A stretch of DNA of 64,000 bases, from assembly GCA_964247055.1 (NCBI GenBank), contig OZ176051.1, positions 6,324,001 to 6,388,000 on the forward strand, read 5' to 3'. The DNA comes from Paragordius varius (lineage: Eukaryota > Animalia > Nematomorpha). The notes beneath the pieces were generated by a model that was given only the letters and a program-made list of their open reading frames with translations, made no database searches and had not been told where the DNA came from. How positions within the stretch are numbered: position 1 is the first letter of the stretch; every line of letters starts with the position of its first letter. The position numbers and the translations under genes were made by a program. Shown piece after piece: positions 38,401 through 50,100 of this stretch.

Positions 38401-41400
38401 GGCAATAAGTTATAAGTTTACTTTGAAGTGTCTTTCAATGATGAAACTGGTGTCAATGGACGTGATTGATGGGACATATTTTCTGCGGATAATCAATTTT
38501 AAACATTTTAGAGAATCAAATCAAAATTAATTCATTTATATCCAAAAAACAACCTTCAATCTTAGACAGTCTTGGTGAGATTCGTTGTCTTGTAACATTA
38601 TTATTCTTTTCAGTGTTTGATTGAAATTTAGTTTGATTTACGAGATTAGTTCTTTCTAACTCAGGCACCGGGACTAAATGCACGGGTATACGGGAATCAT
38701 CATATTTATCCCTAGGGATTGGGTAACCCAATGGACTTATGAATTGACCTGGTAAGTTTGTGGATGAACTTATTGCAATACCACCATCTGGTAAATCTAA
38801 AAGTTTTTTTGTTAATGAAATGAATATTTATTATATATATTTGTAATTTTTCACACAAAAAAATATTTTTTTAATTACATTGTTTAAATCTAATCAAAAT
38901 GGTCTATAATAAAATTAAATAAAAAAAAAACGTTTGTCAATGTAAATAGCTGATGCATCTTGTTGATTTGTTGGTGTAGACATTGGAAGAACATTGGTAT
39001 GATGTTTAACTGCGGCTAAATTTTAATAAATTCGGATTCCATATTTATTATAATATATGTTAAAAAGATATAAAATTACTAATATTCATCCGAATAAAAC
39101 TGACATTATAATGTATCGCAATTATATATATATTTTTATATACAACATAACCACATAATTACAAGGACAAAAACAAACACATATAAAAATGTAAAAAAAA
39201 ATATTTGACCCATAGTGGCAAATGCTAGCTTGCGGAACGTTTTATAGGGAGATTTTGCATTAACTATTATATCATCATAAAGATTAAGTTAATTATTTAT
39301 CCAAAAACTTAATCATTTATTTTAAAATACCTAAATTTAATCGTATTCATTGCCAAAATGTAACTATTTAATTTAAACCTGATGCCTTGCAAAAAACTTT
39401 GGTAGAAAGGAATTCTTTAAAGCGTTGAGCATAAAATGATGGTCGATGTACGGACACTGTATCCTAAATACATAATAAAATTAAAATTTTAACGACAAAT
39501 CATAAAAACGGAAAAGACAAATATTTGTTTGTTATTATTGAAATTTTGTTTTGGAGAGATATAAACTGGTAACCAGATTCGTAATTAGAGATGTATGAAT
39601 AGAATCAGTTAAAAAGTTTGGCTGTCTTTATAAAAATCATTTTTGTCCTTTTTTTACCGCCTTAATAATAATGGACTTTACTATATTACGAATTCAATCA
39701 TAAAAAATAATTTATATATTTTTGACAAAAATGTTAAAAAAAGTAAAAAAAATTACTCCGTCATGAAGGATGCTTTTGAAGGTGTGTTCAATTTTTTTCT
39801 TGAATTCATAGCATTGTAATATGTCTATGATACCAATAAAACATAGCAATCTTTCACCTTGTGCATTGCGGGCCGGAATACCACCAGGTCTAAAATAAAT
39901 TATAGCTTAAATAAGGTGTAAACTTATTTATCAGACCAAAAAATAAATATGATGGCTTATAAATGGATTGGTTACAAACAGTACAATATGGCAATATATG
40001 AAACTATAATTTGTAAGAGAATAATATTTATTTAAAAAGTGGGCAATATATGATTAATCATTCAAAATGGTCAATTTTTAGATGTTTTAACTGAGTTTGA
40101 CCCATCGAAAAAAAATAATAACCGGCTTGACTGCAGTATTTAAGGTCAAAGCAGTCATCATTGTTTTAAATAAAAAATACATGGTACTAAACCAAAAGTA
40201 AAAATTTAACCGTTCAAATCCGTTATCATATATCCAATAAAAAATTTATGCAAATTTAATGATAAAATTAAAATTTTATTATTATACTACCGCAACAAGT
40301 TTTACTTCAATATGGTCTGTAAATTTTAACTACTAGGTTTAAAATTTTTGCTTGGTTATTATTTTTGTAAGCGGTCAGACCTAACCCTTTAACATTTTTT
40401 AAAACGAAATTTAAGTAATTTTTATTCGAAAGCGATCAAATTAAAATTTTATTCATAAGAACCGGTAAAACAACTCAAAAAGATTTTAACTTATATAATT
40501 ATTATTATTATATATATGTTATAATTCAAGAAAAAAGGAGCATTAGAATTTACGGAACATCGTCATCTGTTTCATATTCGTCCGTTGTGTCGTCGTTAAA
40601 AGGACCGCCTATATCAAATAAAAATGAAACGAAATAGATATAAAAATATTTTATTTAGTTTGAGCTAAAGATTAAGAATATTTATATTATTTAATAAAAC
40701 ATTATGTAAGATATGATTCACATTATTTTTGACCAATCGGAAATACAGTACATATGATATTAAACAAATTTAGTCCATGGCTAAATAACCAGATTAAATG
40801 TTAAAAGGTAGGTAAAAATTGTTTATTCTCAACCATTTGTTGTTTTTTACCCATACGCTACTGTATTGCCAATTGCCCAACAATAATGTTAATTGACTAA
40901 CAATAAAGTGTATATTTATTGAAATATTAATGATTTTTATAAAAAAAGTATTATCAAATAATTTTCATTTACCAGAATCACCTCTGGTAGAATTGAGAGG
41001 TGGCTTTGGAGAAGATGGTCCACGACCATCAGCTTGTATACTTTCCATAGCTGTGGAATAAGCTTTTATCACGCGTTTATGATGTGGTCTTTTTATTGTC
41101 ACCTAATATTCCGAGGAAAAAAATTAGTGTGCAATTAAAAATATTTTTTTGGTAACTTACTTAGAAAAAAGTATTAATTATATGGAAAATGAGGGAAAAA
41201 TCCCATATATTGTGTAAAGTCTCCATTTTTAACCAAAAAAAAGAATAAAGAGGAATTATTATATCACGAAAATCGTCAGAAAAAATTTAACCTTAGTATC
41301 TTTTAAAAAAATAATTAGAGAGTCAACATCAATTATAGCAATTAATTTTCAGTAGGTCATATTCAACTATTTACTATAAAATAACATATTGATTACATAA

Positions 41401-44400
41401 CCAAATATGTAAAAAAGCACCGGAAAACAATTTTTTTTCTTATAAGTAGGGTTAGGTTTTTAACGAGAAAATAATGGCAAGTTTGACCGCATATAAATGC
41501 AATAATTTAGAGTTAGTAACATGATTGTAAAAAGGTGTGGTTGCTAAACCAAACAAAATAAAATCGTCAATCGTTTAAATTGTTTTTCAAACTAATTAAA
41601 AAGATAAAATATATAACCAGATTATTTAATATTAATTTGAAATAATTTCGCATAAAACTTGGGTTTAAATTAATTATAACTATAAAACCCAAACCTAACT
41701 TCAAGCACATACCCTAGGTGAATTCAATAGTTCCGTATTTTGATTTCGAGTCACATCATTTGATTGTTGAAAAGATTGATTAGTCGATTTATTTAATGGA
41801 AGGTGTGAATTATTCATTGTTTTAAGTGGTATATCACCGCCTGTGGGCGAGGATGTACCAGAGTTATTGGCTCCTTCAGAGGTTAAAGATTGATTAGTTA
41901 TTTCAAATTCTGCACGTTTTTCTTTGGCTAATAACTAACACAAAATGGATTTTTTATAAAAAAATCTCTAGTTTATTTAATTTATAAAATATATATATGC
42001 ATAATTTTCCCATCTCTACTGCTATTAGTTCTGGGCTGGCAAGTGTTTAAGGCCTTCATGACTCAATTTTAGATGAAAAAATGACTATATATATATATAT
42101 ATATTGAAAATTATTATATCCATAAAAAAGTCTAAAAAATTATTATATTCATAATTCACTGTTAGCCTTACGAATGATTAAAACCCTTCAAGAGAACAAA
42201 GTTTTTACGCTTAAGATAAAAGCACTTCTCTATCCAAATTTTAAAAAAGAACTATAAATTTTTTTGCAACGATAGCCATGCTTTTTAATGATATTTTTTA
42301 TGTAAGCTATTTCAATTAAATAGGTTAAATTTGATGATAAAAATTCATATAGTTTTTACATTTCTATAATTTTAAATTTATAGTACTGCACAATTTTTTA
42401 ATAAATCCTGTTATTTGCTTTGCGAAAAGGAATGTTTGAAGCCTGCATGAGTCCTTTAAATTTTTGTTTTTAAACGCCTATAATTATATTTTCTCATTTT
42501 TTGTCATTTTTTATTGCGCCGCCCGTGTTTTATTTTACATAAAAGATGTTTAACTGTAATTTTTGTCAAAAATAATTTTATAAAATATATTTTTTCTCTC
42601 AAACGATTGAAAAAATGAACATTTTAAAAAGATTACCCGTTTTTCACGTAACCGCAAATCAATATTGTGAATACCCATTAGTAAACTGTAATCCATGATT
42701 TTAAAACTTTCCAGCACCTAGAAGTTAAGTGGAATAAAGTAAGTAAATTACTTTAATTCTTCCAAAATATATTTAAATAAATCATATATATGTATATATA
42801 TAAATCTAAATTACCAAGCAATCACGTTTCAGTGTTTTTATGAGAGCATCATATGTATCAGATTCAAGCATAATACCTAAAAATAAAACATATTTTAAAG
42901 GGTATGTGATTAAATATAATCCTGACACTTAAATATATTGTCTTTTTGGTGATAGTCTGCAAACTGTTGATAAAGATTTTCTTTTATTATTACCCTTACT
43001 ATTTTAATAATTTTTTAGTAATGCAAAGAGCTATCTTAATTTAATCACTAATAAATTTTATATGATATATCAATCAGTTTTATTTGTCTACAAAACTACA
43101 ATTAGACGTTAAATAACTGATCCATTTCAATGTTAATTTTCAAAAATTAATAAATTAAACATACCATCAGGATGTTTTTCCAAAAAATCCAAGTCTTTAT
43201 AGGTTGGGGTTGCTTTCATACATTCGTATTTACTGGCTTTGCGTTTAAACGTTGATCCCTTTAAATCATATTTTTCATGGATTTTTATGGATGATGGAAT
43301 CAGATTATTCATGATGAGTAAACGGATATTTTTTCCTCCACTCTAAACATTTAAAAATTGATATCATTAAATTTAAGATAATGAAAATAGAAGATATAAC
43401 TAATTATATACCTGATAACAATAGAGACCAAAAAATTTAGGTAACAAGGTGCGAGGGTTTTGATTCAAATTCTATATGTCAGAATATATAAAAATTATTA
43501 CATAAAAATTATAATTCTCAAAAAAACTCTCTAAATATTGCCCATATTACGTGTTTTATAAACTTGATAAGGTTTGAGTCTATTTAATTATGTAAATAAT
43601 CAAACATAATTTAATATAGAGGATGTGTTTTTCATTATAAAACTTTTTTATATATAATATCCTGAGAATTGTTACTAAAATGCTGGCTACCTTCCCTGAA
43701 TGTGGCTACTCAAAATATTTTATATTAATTAAAGAGTGTTTTACAGTATTTTTCCTATATAATGTTTTCATTCTAGAATAAATCAAGTATAAGTCAAACA
43801 TTTGTCCCATTTATATACCCTATAATACCCGGGTAGCACTATTTACAATAAGTTAACCACATATTGCTGAATCAATTACCAAATTTTATTATAACAAAGG
43901 AAGGGTTTAATGTAATTAATTTTCCTTTATATAAAACAAAATTTATATATCCTCACATTTTAACCCAAAATAAGCAAGCTATCTTATTACCATATAATAT
44001 CCAGGTAAGATTTCTCCTGTAAATTTATGACAAAAAATTGATTATAAAATATTAGTACTTTAAATTATATTAATGTAAGCTATTTTCTCTATATAACAGA
44101 TCATTTATATACCATATAATATCCGGGGAGCAATTTTTCCAAAAAACTAGCTTCTTTCCTTTGAACCGTTTTTAAGATGAATTCGTCATCACAAGTAACG
44201 AAAAAAACTGATCCGGAAGCACCTGGGTTTGAGAGTTCCCGTGGCGGTTGGGCACATAACGAAATCTTTGAGTAAAATATAAAATGTTAATAATAAAAGT
44301 TAGTTATTTGTAAGATACAATTTGAAAAAAAGTTAATTATTTCAGTTATTTTTCTACAAAGTATATTCATATATTTTAATCCTTAATTTTCATATATTAC

Positions 44401-47083
44401 TTACATAATTACGGTTGTATAGTATAATGGCATAAAAGTTACGCCTGACAACCATAATTACATAAGTTTATTATGGAAAAATATGGATAAAAATAAAATT
44501 GTTTAAAAAAACAAATCCAAAAGTTCACAAATAAGGAACATTAAATCATTTCTTTAAATTTTATTAATAAATATACCAAAAAATCTTCAGTTTTTATGCC
44601 AAACAATTCTCGAAAGTATCGAAAAGCAACCGGGGCGTATGTTTTGAATTTAAAATCGGCATATTCATGGGCTGCAGTTGTTGAACTCCCTTCCCTTATA
44701 TACGGAAAAAAATAAAAATTAATATTTTTTAAATGATATTATTGCTTTATTATAGTTTTATAGTGCTTTAGCTCTTAATTTATAAAAAAATCAATTTTTA
44801 TAAAATATGTGTTATAAAAATTTTCCTTTATGAGTTTAAGATTACTCTAAAATTAACATAAAATTTCATGGATATTTTGAAAAAAGATTAGCAATATTTT
44901 TTTTGACAAAACATTTTATGCATCTATTTAAACATAAAATATGGTGTTAAAGAAAGGAGGACAATACAAAAAAACTTTTTTGCGCGATCGATAAAACTAA
45001 AGTAGTGTTTATAAAAATATATGCACAAAATACAATTCCAAAAGAACCAAAACACAAAAACAGAGGAATAAATTTTATTAATTTTGTACTTGGCCACAAA
45101 TTTTAAGAGCCTAAAAAATTTGAAAAAATGCAATTTTACCTTATAAACAAACCAAAAAACAGTATTTATTCTGTAAAAATAGCAACTTTCAAAAAAATCA
45201 AAAAACTATTAAATATAATTTTTTGCGAAAAATTAATCTTTAATACTTTGGGAAAGTGACAACTTCAATCATTGTGAAGTCTTGCATGAGAACATCCCTT
45301 TGAGGTTTGGAAGAAAGAGAACCAATCGAATGATTTAAACCAAGTTGAATAGCTTGAAGTAATCGAGACGATTCAACCTATATATATAAATAGGTTTTAT
45401 GTAGAATTTTTAGATGTTTTTCAAAAATCTATGTATGTTTACTAAACTGTTTTAGCATAAGGTGTCCTTAAATAATTGATCAATTATCAAGAATTAGGTT
45501 ATATTTATTATTTCTAAAACATCGATTCGAAAAAAAGTTTTTTCAGCGCCAATATTTAAAAAGTGGTTTTGAGGAGTTTATGGTATTAAAGTTATTGTTT
45601 TAAATATTATTGTTAAATAAATATGTATAGTTGATTGTTTTTACAATATGTAAGGAGAGTATTGATCATAGAATGAACATCCAGGACAGTTAAAATACAA
45701 AAAATTGCACATTTTACATATCAAACCTTATTATAAATATACCTCGTAATGCCTTAGTAAAAGTTATGATAATAAATAGTAATAATTATGTAATTTACCT
45801 TTTTATATGTGACATTTCCTTCCTCATCAACGCGTCGATGACCAATCTTTTTTTGTCGTTCACTGATAATTTTGATGGCTTCTTTACGTGTTAATGGTCG
45901 AGGCATTATTTCGTTTTCATCTAAATTTTCTTCGCCGTATTCGTTTTCATTTTCGATTTCACTGGAAATTTTGTCATACGCCCTGTCATTTATTTCGGTT
46001 TGACCGTTAGGTACGTATGTTGTAGGGTGAGTATATGGATGCAGGATTTGATTAGGGGGTAAATAAGATGAATCTTTATCTTGCATTACCTAATATAAAC
46101 ACACATTATTCAAAGAATAACCAAGATCAGTGGTACTTAAACCAAGGCCGTAAGGTTCTTTTAATGGCTCTGAATAATTTATATTTTACTGTATGTTAAG
46201 CAGCTATGATTATATATCGGTTAATGGTGGAATGCTCTTAAGCAAGAAAATATTAAATTAGGCCCTTTTAAAACCTTTACTGCTGGTTTAAAGTGCCTTT
46301 AGATGTAAAGGTAATTGGCCTTTAATTGTATTAAGCAGCCATGAAACCTTAAACACTCGCCACACAAGGCAGCTTGATGTTGGAATTGTGTAGTTTGTAC
46401 GACTACATCTCTACTTCTAAGATGAAAACTAGTGTTACTGCCCAAAAATTTTTAAGGGCCAAGAATAATTTATTTTTTTGTCTTAAAGGCCATAATAAGG
46501 AGATAACATAGCTGTTCACATTCTTTTAATATTTCAGATAAATCAAAAAATTTAATAAATAATTTAGGACTAAAAAAGACTTTTTAGGGCCGCAATTTTA
46601 CTTAAACCATGCAAAACAGAAACATATTTGGATATTTATTTAAGAAATTATGTCTAAGGTGGCGATAAAGAGTAATTTTAAGAAATAGTTTAATACAATC
46701 ATATGGAATTTAAAATCTAAATTGATAAGCAACCGTAAATACCCTCGTTGATTTATAGTTTAGTATTTTATTTTATTAGATAAAATAGATAATAGCCATA
46801 TATTATATTGATAAAACCAAATTGTTAAAAATAATATAAACCTCTTATTAAACATGTTTTATAGAAAAAATACTTCGGACACCATTTGTTGGTAAGATTT
46901 ATCGCGAAATTTATACATATTTTTGTCGATGGTCTTTTGCAGCTCTATATCCATAGGATTGAATTCGTTTAAATCTTCGTTAACAAAATATGGATATGGA
47001 TTTCCATTGACCGGAGAAGGGGGATAACCTTTCAATTTCTCAGATTGTTTTGTATCCATCGAATTCGGTTCAGTTTGGTGCAT
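35454..47083 (-). CDS. PIP5K1: Type I phosphatidylinositol 4-phosphate 5-kinase with a long low-complexity C-terminal tail
   Basis: Successive exons translate to [136 protein letters not shown] and the type I activation loop [29 protein letters not shown]. The first ATG is at 47083 with an in-frame stop upstream. Last exon about 35742-35454. Tail exons are approximate. Confidence 0.92.
35773..35867. mobile_element. Short MITE of the same family in the last PIP5K1 intron
   Basis: GAGTAGCGTATG ... AACGCTACTG-TA inverted termini. Confidence 0.6.
40746..40863. mobile_element. MITE of the same family in a PIP5K1 intron
   Basis: TA-CAGTACATATG ... CCATACGCTACTG-TA, internal TAGTCCA. Confidence 0.6.
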
Positions 47084-47165
47084 TGCAAAAAATAATATTT
47101 GGTTTTATCACACCTTCAAAGATCCGAAAAAAATGCAAAAAAACATTTGTTGGCACTATTTTGTC
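47084..47165. promoter_or_regulatory. 82-nt spacer between divergent start codons; candidate bidirectional promoter or overlapping 5' UTRs
   Basis: PIP5K1 ATG at 47083 (minus) and FNTB ATG at 47166 (plus). Position only; no core promoter motif was identified. Confidence 0.55.
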
Positions 47166-50100
47166 ATGTCATATGGTACCCCTACTGAAAGCGATCCTAC
47201 TAGCCATGCTTTCTCAGATAACATTACGGAAACGGATTTGGAAACAGTTAAATATTTTAATGATTGCAGTAGGAAAAAGTCCGTATTCAAATATTAAAGC
47301 TTCTAAGCTCCGGAAAAAGTTTAACCTTTTTACAATATAGGTTGTCTAAACCATAATCACGTTAAATTTTTAAAAAATGGTTTGAAAGGATTAGATGCGT
47401 CTTATGAGGTAAATTTTACTGTTAAGTAGAGTGTTTAGAGGCTAGTCAAACTTGGCTAGCTTATTGGATTATTCATAGTCTAGTGATATTGGACGAAGAC
47501 ATATCTACCGAAACGCAAGAAAAGTTTTTTGAGATAAAATGATATTAGATTGATCGAATTTCTTAATTCCTGTCAAAATTTATCAGGAGGATTTGGAGGT
47601 AAGCAATTATATATTTTAGGCGGACCACATCAAATTTCGCATTTAGCAGCCACATATGCAGGCGTTAATGCACTATGTTCGCTTAAAAGCTTTAAAGCCT
47701 ATGATATTATTGATAGGTAACTAATCTTCTGGTGTTCATATTTTATTTTTATAAAATATATTAAAAATTTAAAATATGCCAAAATTTAAAATACTTTTTG
47801 TATCATGTTTATCAGTTTACATTAAAAAAATTCTATATTTTTTATGATACAAGGGCTATTTTATTATTCACCATATGTATTATTTATATTTAGTCCGATT
47901 TAATGTGCCTTATAATATTTACTTATAGAGCTTTTTATCGTATTATTTTGTCATTTTCTGGGATATTATATCACTGGGATCAATACATTAATTTCAGTCT
48001 TTTGTTTATCAAATAAAGATAGTTGGCGACCCCAAGTTTTTATTTTACGAAAAAAGATTGTTAGTATTTATTATTATATTATTATGAACCTGTATCTTAT
48101 TAAATTTATCAGGACATATGTTTTTTAAATTAATTTTAAACCTGCTTCACGAGTTATTCAAATGGTAAATTTTTCGTGGCATTAATTATTTAAGTATAAT
48201 AAATTTTGATGATGATTGGATAAAGTGTTAAGAAGTTAAATTTAAGTATATGAATATTTTCGATTATTAATGATATATGTTTTTTAATTCTCTATGCAAA
48301 TTGGTTTTTATAGGTAACATTCAAATATTTCACATTTTTATGGTATTCCTGTGCTAAAGGACTTGATTAAAAATATTAAATGTTGTGTTCTGACCACTCA
48401 GAAGTGGTAGGGATATATTAACAACGCTTGAAAAATTTTGCATATTGATCCATCAATTTATTTATTTTGTAAAATATATTCATTAATACTTTAGCCATTT
48501 GTAGGAGTTACATAATGCCAAAAGCTTTAAACTATTACCTGGTAAATATATTCTAAAATAGGATTTTCTTGAAATATCAAAAATAATGGTCCCTTAACCT
48601 GATAACTGTTCATCAACTGTTGCTTAATAACATCCAGCATTATATTTTGAATTATTGATAAAAAAAGTTTTCATAGTGTTTTTGATATGGCTTTGGCATT
48701 TTTAGCTGTTACCCTAAAAAGATTTGATATTGGATTGTTAAACAAATTTCTTGAGAGTACGCTGTAAATAAGCAAACCCCTAGCAATCAAAATACCTATA
48801 AAATATTTAGAAAGTATACCTCCAGGCATATCAAATTCTTCTCTAATTTCAAGTCAATCCAGTTTTCTGACTAAGCGAATTTTTACATATAATTATTAAA
48901 TACTTTATTTCATTTATATAACTGAAAATATGGTTAGCGGTTCGTATATATTTGCTTTACTCCTCGGATGATAATTTTATTTTTGAGATTCGTTGTGGTA
49001 AATCTATGAGAATGATTTGGTTGGAATAAGTTAGATTTTCCACCATGTTAGAATCGGGAAAATATTTTTAAATACCCGATTCCGAAAATGAGGAGCCAAT
49101 ATTCTCTTATCGATCAAAAAATTTCTGCATTCAAAATTAGCCGAAAATTCTTATTACAATAAAACCTTCGCAACACTGAAACTACTAACGTTTTAAGCGA
49201 AATTTTACAGGAACTTAGATTATTTAAACTTTAAAAATTACATTTGAATAAAGTGGAATATCTAGCTTATTTTAAATCACTTTTTTGTATTAAACGAAAT
49301 TCTACAAAAATAAAAAAATCTAATTTGATTCATTTTATTCCCGGCCCCAAATCAATCATCAATGAACCGCTAATCATATTATATCTACTATAACTATTGA
49401 AATTTAGAATTTCATAATTAATATAAGAATTCGCTCATTAAAAAACTGGACTAACTTGAATTAGAAAGAATTAAATACGTTTTAAGATATATTTTCTATA
49501 TTATAGGTATTTTGATTGCTATAGGCGTTCGCTATTTATATACCCTTGACAGATTTGTTTTACAATATCAGATATACCTTTAACATGGTAGCGTAAAGCA
49601 GATTTATTAAATTTATTTCAGATTTGATAAACTAAGGGATAGCCATATCAGAAATATTACGGTCTGATTATCAATTAGACATATTATAAATATTGTTTAA
49701 TAAAACTTTCCTTAATTTGTATAAACGTAAAATTAGATATTCTCAAATTAAACTGAGCAAAGATTCAAAATATGTTTACTTAAAATTTATGTTCAACGTT
49801 TAACAAAAATCATCTTTCAAATATGTGATACATATCTTCTATCAAATAAAATAAAAACTTCCCAGGAATTAAATTCGTACAAGCCATATTTAATTAAATT
49901 CAAAAAGCAAATTTCTTTATCAATTAATTAATTTATGGCTTTATAAGAATATCAAGGAAATTAAATACCCGTGCGGAGTTTGTAGACTAAATGTTGGATT
50001 TGATTCAATTCTCTGTTTTACATTTAAAAAATGGTGTCACAAAAATTACAAACATAAACGGCACACTCCGAATACTCAAGTTTTAAATGCCACACATTCT

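Noticed and set aside
47050-47340. 96-aa plus-strand ORF as an independent gene
   Set aside because: It overlaps the PIP5K1 start antisense and the first FNTB exons in a frame with no FNTB similarity.
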